Source of the DNA: Rhizaria sp. SCN 62-66
Lineage: Eukaryota
Length of the DNA: 64,000 nt
NCBI GenBank assembly: GCA_001724265.1
Contig: MEDY01000062.1
Coordinates: 1 to 64,000 of the forward strand
Reading direction: 5' to 3'
Shown piece after piece: positions 48,695-60,030 of the stretch. The first letter of the stretch is position 1; each line of letters begins with the position of its first letter. The position numbers were made by a program, and so were the translations under genes. The notes below the pieces were generated by a model. The model was not told where the DNA came from and did not search any database. It saw only the letters and a program-made list of their open reading frames with translations.

Positions 48695-51575
48695 TTAAGG
48701 CAGATCGGCCATGTCCCAGCGCTCTTCGGCTTCCTCGCGCTTGCTGCCCTTGTCTGACTTGCGCTGCTGTTGCTGTTTCTCGTTCTCGCGCAGCAGTCCG
48801 CGGGGCGTGCCGTCACGACGAGGTGTGCGGTCAAAGAGTGCTTTCTCATCGTCCATACCGGCGTCCACAGCACGCAGCGAGTCGATCGTGCCTTCGTCGA
48901 ACATTGCACGCAGCCGGGCTGCCACTGCCGGGGACACGCCTTCGATCTCACTACGGCGCTCGCGGTCAAGCTCGCTGCGACGCTCAGGAGGCATGTCCGT
49001 CCACTTAGTGCCCTTGCTCGTTGTCGACGACGTCTGCTCGCGATCACTCATGCTTGCAGAGTCGCGGCTCTGTGACTTGCTGAGAGGCATGCCACTCCAG
49101 CTGCGCTCGCGCGGGTCGCGCTCGGTGGGGAACGGGATCCACGTGCCTGACACCGCGTCGCGGCTCTGCGGATACTGGCGGAGGAACGCATCCTCGTGGT
49201 AGGCGGTCCAGTGCTCGCGCGACGGCTGCTCAAGTCCTTCGCTCGAGCCTGTGCTGCCGAGGCCCTGCAGGCGCTGCTCGCTCTCGCGCTCACGGCGCGC
49301 GGCCCAAGGGTTGATAGCCTCAAAGCGTTCAAGCTCAGGCGTAACACCAAGACTGCGGCGTTGTTCACGCTCGCGTGCAGCAAGGTCGCGGGCAATGTTG
49401 CCCTCAAGCGATCCCGCCACGCGTTCAGCAGCGCGCAGTACAGCGCCGGCCACACCGCCTGTATGACGCATTTGACGCAGAAAGCCGCGGGCCTCAGCCG
49501 GAGTTGCACGCTGCTCGCGACGCCCCTTTGCTCTTGCGCCGTCGTCATCAACAATGTCGTCTTCGTTAGCCGCAGGTGCACCTTCAAAGGGGTCACGGTC
49601 CGTCATACCGCGGGAGCCACTGCTGTAGGTTGTACCCTGCAGGCCGCGCGAGGCAGTGCCAATACTTTGCGCGTTATAGCGCGGGCCACTCTTGCTTGTG
49701 CTGCCAGCGCCCGTGATGGCGTCACCGAAGCGGTCAACGAGACGATCAACAACACCGACGCCAACGTGGCCCAGCTCGAGCGGGCGCCCGCGGTCATCGT
49801 GCTCACCCGCGCGTGCGGAGCCCGTCTTAGGGCCGGACTGCAGTGCACGGCGCGCGGACTCGCCAAGCGCGCGCTCAGCGGCTTCAATGCCACCACCGGA
49901 GCCGAAACCAAACCATGTCTCCTCAGGTGGACTTAGCTCTTGCTGACGCTGGCGACGTCCTTGTGTGCTCTGCTGTTGCGTAATATCAGTACGCGCGGCG
50001 CCCTTGTTTGCGTTGTCATTGCGGCTAAACTGTGGCATGCTCGCGGCTTGTAACCATTCAGCGTGCCCCTCTTCAGCAGAGTCCCACGCCTCGCCCCAGC
50101 TTTCAGTCGGCATTAGCGGACTTGAGGCAGTGCGCGCACTACTGCCCATATTGCGCTCATTGCGCGAATTACGCTGCGAGCGCATATCACGGTCCGAGCG
50201 CAAGTCAATGCGCGCGCTGCGATCAGAGCGCTGGCCTTGGTCCGAGCGCGGGTCGTGGTCATAACGCATCATGTTGTTGTTCTGCTTGCCGCCGTCAACA
50301 CCCCTGCCGCGCATGTTCCGATTGGAGCTCGCACTAAGATCGCGACTAGCAGCCTCGTTACAGCCTTCAACATAGCTCTCTTGACTTTGCCCACGGTGCT
50401 CAGCCGCCTCCCAAACGTGGTCGGGGTTTGCGCGCTCACTAGTGCTCCTATAGACTTGGTCTTCGTGCTGTCCCTGCGTTGTTGAACCACGCTGCTGCTG
50501 GTTGTTGTACTGCTGGTTGCCTTGTGTGTAGTTGCTATAGCGCTCGCTCATTGTGCGATCGCTCTGCTGCTCCATGCTACTGCTAGCGGGGGTACGGTCG
50601 AGGTTACTCCGCATTGGACCGTTGCGCTGCATCATTGCGTTGTTACCACGCTCAAAGAAACGCTGGTCCCCGCCGCGCGCGTTACTGTACCGAGAATAGT
50701 CGTCGCGCTGCATTGCATTGCGGCGGTCGGCGTCGCGTGAGATTAAGTGCTCACTTGGCGCAGCCGCACTGTAGCCGTCACGGCGACCAAGACCAGCGGC
50801 GTGAGTGTAGGCGTGGTCACGCAGCACGCGCTCTTGGCGGTCTTCATGCGCGTCTGCGGCGGCGTCGTTATGCAGAGTCCATTCAAGCTCGTGAGCGCGC
50901 TCGCCTGTGCTTGTCAGCGGCACGTAGGGGAAGTTGCCTGCTACATGCTGTTCGCGGTCCTGCGCCATTGCTGCCGCGCCGTTGCCGAACTGCGCCCCAC
51001 CGGCAACGTGATGATACGCACGCATGGTGTTCTCGTTGAGCCGGTCAATCTCGCGGGTCTGTTCATTGTTCTTCATATTTGCGGTGCTCTTGACCTGACT
51101 GCTATTGGCGTTATGAGAGCTCTCGTGGCTGTGATGATCACCAACAGTGCGAGCGGTCCACGCGCACTGCTCGGCGTCTTGCATATTCATCTCACCATTG
51201 TGCCAGCTGCCACCAGCTTCGCGTTGAGCCGCGCGGTCGTGCTTGCGCAATGCCTGATCACGGCACCAAGACGCCGCAGCGCGGTCGCGGCCTCCGTCAG
51301 CAGCTGTCCTCGCAAACATATCGTCCATCTCACCCAGCGTCTCTTCCGCGCGCGCATCAAAGAAAACCTCCGGCGCAGTTAAAGCCGCGCGAGCAATAGG
51401 GCTGGGCCGCGCAGACGCTGTACTCCGCGAAGCTGTCTTGCTCGAAAACATATTTTCGAGTCCATCTTTTTGCTGCTGCTGTTGCCACTGCCACTGTTGC
51501 TGTTGTGACTTTTGCTGTTGCGGTTGCTGCTGTTGTTGCGAGCGTTGTTGGTGTTGCAGCTGCTGAGGCTGCTGC

Positions 51576-51617
<42 letters not shown>

Positions 51618-53419
51618 AAGGAACCCGCACGCAAGCGCTCTGCCTGTACGTTAGGACTCGCAGTTGCACTACTGCCTTGACTTGCGTTACTTCGGTGCGC
51701 TGAACTCACACCCTCGCGCAGAATGGCATTGCGCATCTCGAGCTCATCAGTAACAGCGGCTGCCCGCGCGCTGTGCGGAGGCGCCGTAACGTTGTCCATG
51801 TCCACGCCGCCAATAACCAGGCGCGCCCCTGCAGCCTCGTGGTCGGCGACGCTATTCTTGGCGACCGCCTGCGAATGCATTGCGGCCGTAGTGTGCGCTG
51901 CGGCGCCGAGACGCGGCACGGGCGCATCGCATGAGTCACCACCACGCGAGCTTAGCAAGCGGCGCATCACCTCCTCAGACATGGTTCCGTTGCTTACGTG
52001 GCCTTGACTCTGGGAAGACTGAGGACTAAGCTTCTGCTCTTGCTCGCGCCGCTCGTGCGGCAGCGGCAGCTCCGAAGAGCCCCAGCCCCGAAGGTCTTCG
52101 TCCTTGTCAGAGCGGCCGGCCTCTATGTCAGCGCGTTCAGCGGTCATGCGCGCGCGCTGCTCGGCGCGGCGGCGCTCGCTCGCGGCGCGGTCGCTCTCCT
52201 TGCGCGCCGCTTGGCCCTCCCATCCACGGAGTCCCTGTGATGCCGCCATGGCGTGCTCGCGGTCGCTGCGAACAACTTCAGCACGGTAGCTGTCAGTGCT
52301 GCGCTTACCTGCCCCCGATGAGCCCAACCCCTGCGAGCGCGTGCGGTGCTTTGCTCCGCGCTGCTCGCGAGTAAAGGCCGTGTCGTCGTCAATCATGAGC
52401 CTGTCCGCGGCCTCAGGGCTGGTCTCCAGTTCGCCACGATTAGTGTCCATTGCGCGAAAGACAGGCACGCGTTCTTGCACTTCCCGCTCACGCTCGTAAT
52501 CGTTCTGCTCTTGCGTATGGCGGTGTGACTCTTCTTCATTATGAGCCCACTCGCGCGCCCAGCGCTCGGAGCCGCCACTGCGTACGTGCTCTTTCTCGTA
52601 CAGGTCGTACTCGGCATCGGCGCGCATCTCGTGCTCATGGTCACGACCTTGCTCACGGTCAAGCTCGCGGTCACGCTGGCGTGCAGCGGCGTCGCGGCCG
52701 TAGCTGTGACTCGCGTGTGCGCGTTCCTCGTCAGCACGCTCGGCGGAGTCGAACATCTGGTACCGCCACGGCTGGCTGTACAGTGATGTTGGGCGCGCAG
52801 GCTCGCCCTCACGAGTGATTACAGGCGGCTCAACCTTGCGCGCGTCCTTGGTGCCGCCACCGCTTGCGTCCTTAGCTGAGGACACAGGCTTGGTGCTTGC
52901 AGCAGTAACGCGTGCGCCGCTGGGGCGCGTCACAGCGCCCTCGAGTAGCTGTTCCGCCACCGTGGACACGCGCTGCTCGCTAAGAGCAGCGACTTCAGAG
53001 ATCGGGAGTCCGCTGGGAATGCCTTGCTGCCGAGACAAAGGCGCAGTGCCTGCTGCCGGTGAGCGCATGTGGAGCTCGTGGTGCTTGCTTGAGGGCCCGG
53101 TACCAGTGGTGCGCATATCGCTTTCGCGCATGTAGTGGCCGCCTACCACAGATCCAGGCACACCAGGGGCACTGTCACTAGATTTTAAGGCGGTGGCAGA
53201 GCTAGACGCCGTCGTTGACGCGGGGACCGAGTGCGATCCGTGCGTGAGGACTACGGGGGAACCGGTGCCTGGTGGAGCTCGAGTTGAGGATGTCCCGTGC
53301 AGCGCTGCGGTCGTGGACTTAGAGGTAGACCCAGAAGCGGATGAAAAAGACGCGGACGCAGTCTTAATTGTGTTGTGCAGGCTTTGAACCTGCGTCATGA
53401 GCCGCTTTCGCGTCGACAT
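48695..53419 (-). CDS. Large hydrophilic low-complexity protein of unknown function (1574 aa)
   Basis: Long uninterrupted ATG..TAA ORF bounded by AT-rich spacers; R/E/S/Q-rich with a polyQ tract. Confidence 0.8.
51578..51616 (-). repeat. (CAG)13 coding microsatellite (polyQ)
   Basis: Perfect (CTG)13 on the + strand. Confidence 0.9.
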
Positions 53420-53937
53420 GACAGCCTATGACAATGCGTCAAGCAAGGTGGAATGATGCAAAACAAGAATGTAGATATTAAGTTGAAGATGCACTGGTCC
53501 GCTCTGAGAACAAATGGAACGAACACTTTATATGTCAAATCATGCAACCACTTTGTCCAAAGTTAATTTCACAATGTTATCAAGTTGTGGTGTGACACAG
53601 CACACTGCGTTGCTTGTGTGCTTCCATTGCCATAGCGACTAAACTTTTCATCTGCCCACAGTCACTCTTGGTCGATATACCACGCCATAGGTTGATTAAC
53701 CAATATTGTATTTAGGTAATACTCGATTTTGGCCCTAATACACAATAATCAAATTCAAAGATATGGCACTTGCAGTTGTGCAAATATCATAATATTAAAC
53801 ATAGTCACATTTTCAAGTTGCTGTTCAAGTTGTCGCTCTCAATCAAGATCGCTTACATTACGTAAGAACAAGTATTCAATCCGCATGTAGTTCATTCAAG
53901 TTACATTAGCAATTATAACATTCGCATACGTCCGTAT

Positions 53938-56900
53938 TCACAATTGAATCTTCTTTTGCGCAGCACGGCGTTGGCGCACGATGTCAACAACAGCAGCCTG
54001 GACCGCGGACGCAACAGCGGGCCGCAGCCACCAGTCAGCGCGCGCCTGGCGGTCACTCTGAGTCTCCGCACCGGGTTTTGCCGCGCGCACTTGCACGGGC
54101 TGCATCCAGGCCCCGCTTGCAGCCGCAGCGGCGGCGGCTGCGGCAGCAGCGGTTGTTGCTGGTGAGGTCTTGGTGTTGCTGCTGTTGCTGCTGCTGCTGC
54201 GCGGGCGCGGGTTGGACGCAGTCGACGCGTAGCGGCGCGGCTGCCACAGCGGATGCGTGTGTGATGTGCTGTCAACCGCAGGCAGCGCGTTGACACCCGC
54301 GCCGCTGCTGTGCCGCGCTGTCTGCGCGTGCACCCCCGTCTCCGGCGCGCGCTCAAAGTACCCCGGGTGCGCGTACTCGCTCTGCCCGCGCCCGCTGATC
54401 CCGCTGTCAAAGTGTGCTGTAGCATTGCGTTCCTCACTGTACGCGTGCTGTTCAATCTCGCGCGTGCCTTCGTCGCTGCGCTGCATGCGGGTCTCACTGC
54501 CGCCTCGGACCGCGCGCGCGGCCCAGGCGGGCGGGAATGCGGATGTGCCGGGCGGGTTGATCACTGGCATCGGCAGCGGCGCGGGCGGGACCGGCGCGCC
54601 GCGGGGCGTGTTCGCGCGCGTCGGCGTAAGGTAGCCGCGCTCGCCCTCGTACTCGACCCACGGGCCGTTGTGCTCGCTCGACTCCGCCGACGCAGACGTT
54701 GACTGCGGTTGAGGTTGAGGAGTGCGCTCATTTGACGGGCGGCGCCACACACCACCGGAGGGCGGCGGCTTTGGACTTGCAGCACTGCGGGCCGGGGCGC
54801 GTTGTTGAGCACGGCCAACGTTGCTGCCGCTTACGGAGCCGGTGTGGCGCTTCTCCTCGATGATGGGACAGACGTCCGGGTTCGCGGCCATCGCGGCAAC
54901 TTCCTCCTCCGTGCTGCTCATGCGGCCGCCTTCCGTCATCCACTTGCTCTCTTCGTAGCTCAGCTTCGTCAAGTGTGCCGTCAGTGCGGGCGCGGCAGAC
55001 TCACAGTCAGCAGCGTCCAGCTTGCGCTGGCGTTCTTGCGCCGAGCGCACGTTGTAGTCCACGACGCCGCGTGCGCTGGCGGCGCTGGGAGGCGAGTACG
55101 CGCCGCGTGGGAAGGCCTCGACTCCGGCCATTGCGATCTCGCAGTCGAGCTGGCCCATCGAGTCGCTTGCGTTTACAGGGCCAGTCTGGAACCCGCGCCC
55201 TGCGCGCTCAGCGGCTGAGAGTGAGGCCATGCGCGCAGTGTCGGCGCGCGCCTCGCGCTCAGCGAGCGAGCCGCGCGGACCTGTCCACACCGAGTCTGAG
55301 CGCTTGCTCTTGTCGGGCGCGTCCGACCAGTACGACGGCGCGCGCGTGGCGGGCGCCGAGCCGCGGGGACCCGCGTCGCCGGCGCCGCGCGTGTGCACAA
55401 CGTTGACGCCGTCGCCGTTGGCGCGCGCGTCCTTGAGCATGAACGAGCGCGCATTGTAGTCGTTGTGCGCATCCTTTGGCACGCCGTTATTGAGGATCTC
55501 TTCAGGCGACAGAATCGGGAAAGTTTGTGCGCGCTGCATGCGCACGTCATGCATGCTCTCAGCACGCGAGACCTCCAACGGCGTTGGCTGGCGCTCGCCG
55601 CGCGCGATCGCCTGCCAGCGGTGCTCTTGATCGCGCCAGTGCTGCTCGCGCGCGTGCCAGCGCTCCTGCTCAGCCTTCATGTCGCTAGAGGTTGTCGCTG
55701 CGGCGATAAACGGCGCAGTTGCCGCGCTGCGTGCCTTGTTCAGCAAAGCAGCGTCAGTGCCTTCCTTAAGCAGAACACCGCGCATGCATGTCTCCTCTTG
55801 CGCGTCCGCCGTGCGCCGGTTTGCGTGCACAAGATCGTCAGCGATAAGCTCAGAGCCGTAGATCGGCGAATACGTCTCGGCGCGGATGAGCTCGTCGAGA
55901 TAGCGCTCGGTCTCCGGCGTCATGGGCCGCGTGTGCGCCACTTCCTCCCACGCTGGCAACATGCCTCGCGAACGTGTCGCGCTAGCAGCAAGCGTGCACT
56001 CCTTGAAGCCTTGCTGCGCAGCTTTGCTCATTGCCTCAGGCGACGCAGTGCCGGCCTTTGTTGCAGGTACAGGCTTGGCAGCTGTTGCAGCCTTGTCACT
56101 GTCCTGGCCCTTGGAGTAGCCGTTGGTGTAATGCGGCACAGGGTCGGCCGTCGCCTCCGCCATCTGCACCAGCGTGCTCTCGTGATGTTCTGGCATCACG
56201 GTCGACGCCGCGGTCTGTGCGCGCGGCATAACAGGCACGCGCGTAGGCTCAGCGCGCTGCTGCTGCTGTGGCTGCTGTTGCCGCTGCTGCTGTTGCGGCC
56301 GCTGTTGCTGCTGCCAAGACGCCGGTTGTTGTTGCTGACGCTCCGCCCTGGGATGCTCGCGCTGGAACTGCTGCTCCTGCTTGATCGCAGAGAACGGCTG
56401 GCCCGGCTTTGCCTTAACCCACTCGCGGCCTTCTGAGTCAGTGCGGCTCTGCGTCAAGTCGCTTTGCGTTGGAGTAGTGTCACTGGCCTTGTCACCGTGG
56501 ATTGCGCCCTTGACCGCCGCGCCTTTCATGTCGTACGCAGGCCACACGGTCTCGTGCGGCGGCGGGAGCTCCGCAGCCAGCGCTTCCTTGGCAGCCTCAG
56601 GCAACTTGCGGGTTGCACGCGCCACTGCTGCTTCCCCGCGCTCAAGCACCGCCTCCGCGGCGTCAGCGATGCCACTCACTGTGTTGGCCACACCCGCCCC
56701 TACGGCGCCCGCGGCGGCGGCGCCGGCCATTGCGAGCGCGGCGCCCGTCTCGCCCGCAGTGCGCACGGCTGCGTGAAGCACGTCCTTGGCGCGCTCGTCG
56801 CGCTCGGCCTGCCGCTGCGCCTCGCGCCAGCGCGCGCCCACGCCCGCGGGGCCCCCGGGCGCGTGCACCTGTCGTTGCCACTCGCGCGCGCTCGCGTCGC

Positions 56901-59560
56901 CAGCGGCGCCGGCGGTTGGACTGGAGCTGCGGCGCACGGTGACTGAGACGGAGTCAAAACGCGGGATATTGTCTTCGTAGATCGGGCTGTAGTCCTCGTT
57001 GAAAAGGAACTCGCGGCCCAAGCCGGTGACGCGTGACGCGGTGCCTGCGGGCGGCGGTCCACGTGGAGCCTGGCGCGCACCTTGCGCCGCTGCCTCGGCC
57101 TCCATCGCCATTGTGCGCGCCGCGCGGGCCTTGATGGCGGTGCTGCCGTACGCGCTAAACGTGCTGTTCTGGCTCTGCGCCACTCTGCTTCCCGCGCTGC
57201 CTGCGCTGCCCTCAATGCGGTTGATGCTCTCGGCAATGTTGTCGTCGCCGTGCAGGAACTGGCCCCACTCCTTTGCGTTGACGTGTGTGTCTGCATAGCC
57301 GTTGTCGTTGTGGAAGCGCGGAATGTTGTCCTCGTAGATGGGGCTGTAGTCCTTGTTGAACATATGCTCTTTCTCCCGCGCCACTGCGTGGCCCGTGTCC
57401 GGCACACCGTCGCCCTCGCGCTTGCCCGCCGCAGCTGCCGCGCCGATCGCAGTCGCTCGCGCCACGTTGTTCGCGTGGTGCTCGCGCTCAGCGTCCGCGC
57501 GCGTCATCGTCGGCCGTGCGTTGTAGTAGTAATCGCCGCCGCCCGGACGGCTGGCGCCGAGCCCGGATGAGCCCGTGCCTGCACTGGTGCCGGTGCCCGC
57601 GGCGGCTGTTGCGAACGCGCGCGCCGGCGCCTGTCCAATGCTGTTACGCGGCGCTGTTGTATCGACCTGGTACTGGGGTGGCGCACCGTTGTTCTTTCTG
57701 CTCTCTAAGCGGTCACAGGCCGTGCTGTTGCGGATCATCTTGGTTGCGTGCAGATCGTCCGCGTGGTGGTACTCGACGTCGCACTGCTTTACGTGCGGCG
57801 CGCACGACGCCGCATGCACGTCGCGCGCGCACTCGTCCTGACCCGACAGCGGCTGCGAGGGCAGCGTCGGCCGCAGCAGTCGCGCGGGCTTTTCCATGCT
57901 GTAGCCGCGGTCAAGCGAGCCCGTAAAGGCGCCGCTGCTGCCGCCGCACTCGTCCTCCATGCGAGCGCCAGTCTTCCCCTCACCACCGTTGTGGTGCTCG
58001 GCGGCGTGGCCCGACGCCGGCGCGGGCGAGGCTGCGGCTGCGCTAGGAATCGCGTGCTTGCGCATCGCGGCCAGAGTGTACTGCGAGCACGCGTCGGCGC
58101 CGGTCGCACCGCTCGCAATCGACTTGGCGTACTCCCGGTTTGCCTGCTCGAAGCGACTGTCAACGTCGCGGTTTGCGGGCTCAGCGCGGAATCGCTGCCC
58201 GGCCCTGAGCGACTCTGCGCCGGCCTCAGCGTCCGCGCGCGTAAGCCCGCGCGACGCAGCGGAGACGGATACGGGCCCACGCAACATTGCGGCCTCGGCG
58301 GTGGCCTGCATGATTGCCGCGGGCTGCGCCGAACACACCGCGGCCGCGACGCTCGATGACGGGCCCTCGTGCGACGTAGCGGGCGCTGCGGCGGGCGCGG
58401 TGTGGTGCGACTGCTCCCACTGTTCGCGGCGCCCGCGCTCAGCGGCGCGCGCGCGAGCCGCGCTGTCGTGCAGCTGGCCGTCGCTCGCGTGCTGCAACGC
58501 GTAGTCAGCTACCTCGGTGTGGCCCAGCTTGCGATGCGCTTCACGCCACGCGGCCTCGTTCTCCGCGCGCATTGCAGCGTTGTACTCCTCAGTCAAACCA
58601 GCTTCGCCCGCGTACCTCGCGCCCTTAAATTCGCGCGGGCGCGCCGCCATCTCTCGCACCGCCGCGGTAACGCTAGCCGCGCGCGCGGGGTCGATGAACT
58701 CCCAGTACGCCGCGCGCACGGCCGTGCTGTCGGCGTAGCGCGGGGACTCAAACCCGGCGGCCTCGCGCCGAATCAGCGGGTGCAGCCGCGTGTGTCCGCG
58801 GGCCAGCGCGGCTCTCCGCACGCTGCGCGCGGTCGGCGCGCCGGACGCGTCGATGGCGGGCGTGTGCGGGTCCTGGCGCAACGACTCGACTGTGAGCAGG
58901 GCGCGTCCCGTGCGGGCCCGGTACTGCAGCGCGCTCTCGCCAACATGCGGCGCCATTGAGAGCACGTCGCCGTCGCGTCCGTGGCCCGCGGCGAGGTATG
59001 CCGCGCGCAGCTCGGCCGTGGCGGCGTCGTGGCCCTGCGCCTCGCCGCCGCCGCGCAGAGCGGCGACTTCGCCCGCGCCGACGTCGGCGTCGGTGAAGAG
59101 CTTCGTCGAGGGAGCGCGCTCAGGAAACGGGTCCGCGGGCTCGGTGAGCGCGGAGAAAACGCTGCGGGCTCGGGCTGCGATGGCGGAGAAAGGGGACGGA
59201 GTGTGCGAAGCGATGGCGGACGGTGCATGGATGGTGTGGATATCGTGGTGGCTCGTGTCGCGCGCAGAGGACTCGAAATCCGACGCAGCCTTAGAGGGTG
59301 ACGGAAAAAAAGTATCGGGTGGCGTAGTAGGGCGTTGTGACGCGCTATGCTGAGATGTGGTCGCGATCTATGAGTGCAAATGAAGGATGTGGGTGTGAAT
59401 GAAGCCATGTGAGCGAGACAACTTGAAGATGCGGGAAGGAATCGCGAGCGGGATATAATGAGAGCCAGCGTACCAATCGCGTTGTCACCGGGACAAAAGG
59501 GGCAGCGCCAATAATGTTGGCTCTGCGGCACGCCCGAGAAATAGCTCTCGCACGTTGCAT
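53938..59560 (-). CDS. Large low-complexity protein of unknown function, about 1838 aa; exons 59560-59474 and 59367-53938
   Basis: The frame of ORF 53938..58965 stays open upstream to 59367. A phase 0 intron 59473-59368 (GTACGC...TCATAG) joins MQRARAISRACRRANIIGAAPFVPVTTRL to IATTSQHS. Ends TGA. Confidence 0.78.
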
Positions 59561-60030
59561 TGCTGGACTAAAGAGCAACACAGGGAGAACTGACAAGAGT
59601 GAGCACAATCATACGGATGCAATTATAGATGCCTTAAACCGCGTCCCCGAAGGTATAATTAAGGATCTCAATCATATATACGTAGTGAATTTATGGAACA
59701 TTGCTTGTATACTTGAAAGATGGTTGAGTATAGCGAATGCGTGAAGATTCTAGTGTGATCGACAGTCCTCACTGGCTGCGGCTTACTTTCCTCGGCTAGC
59801 CTTGCTCACGGTCATCTGAGCTCAGGAGAACCACGCAAACTCGCTCCCACACCATACAGATACACGGTAGTCAAAATATAATAACAGCTTATTTATTACG
59901 CGACAGTCTAGATATTATTTACACTAAACACTTTCTCACTGACGGTTGCCAGCCCTTTGGTCTTTAATAATTTCAGCACCCAACCACCAACACAATCTGC
60001 GTTGCCTTTGTGCCTCTTGAACGAGCTACC

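Noticed and set aside
59368-59370. In-frame TAG upstream of the 53938..58965 ORF
   Set aside because: Better explained as an intron acceptor with a phase-compatible GTACGC donor at 59473; not counted as sense-TAG evidence.
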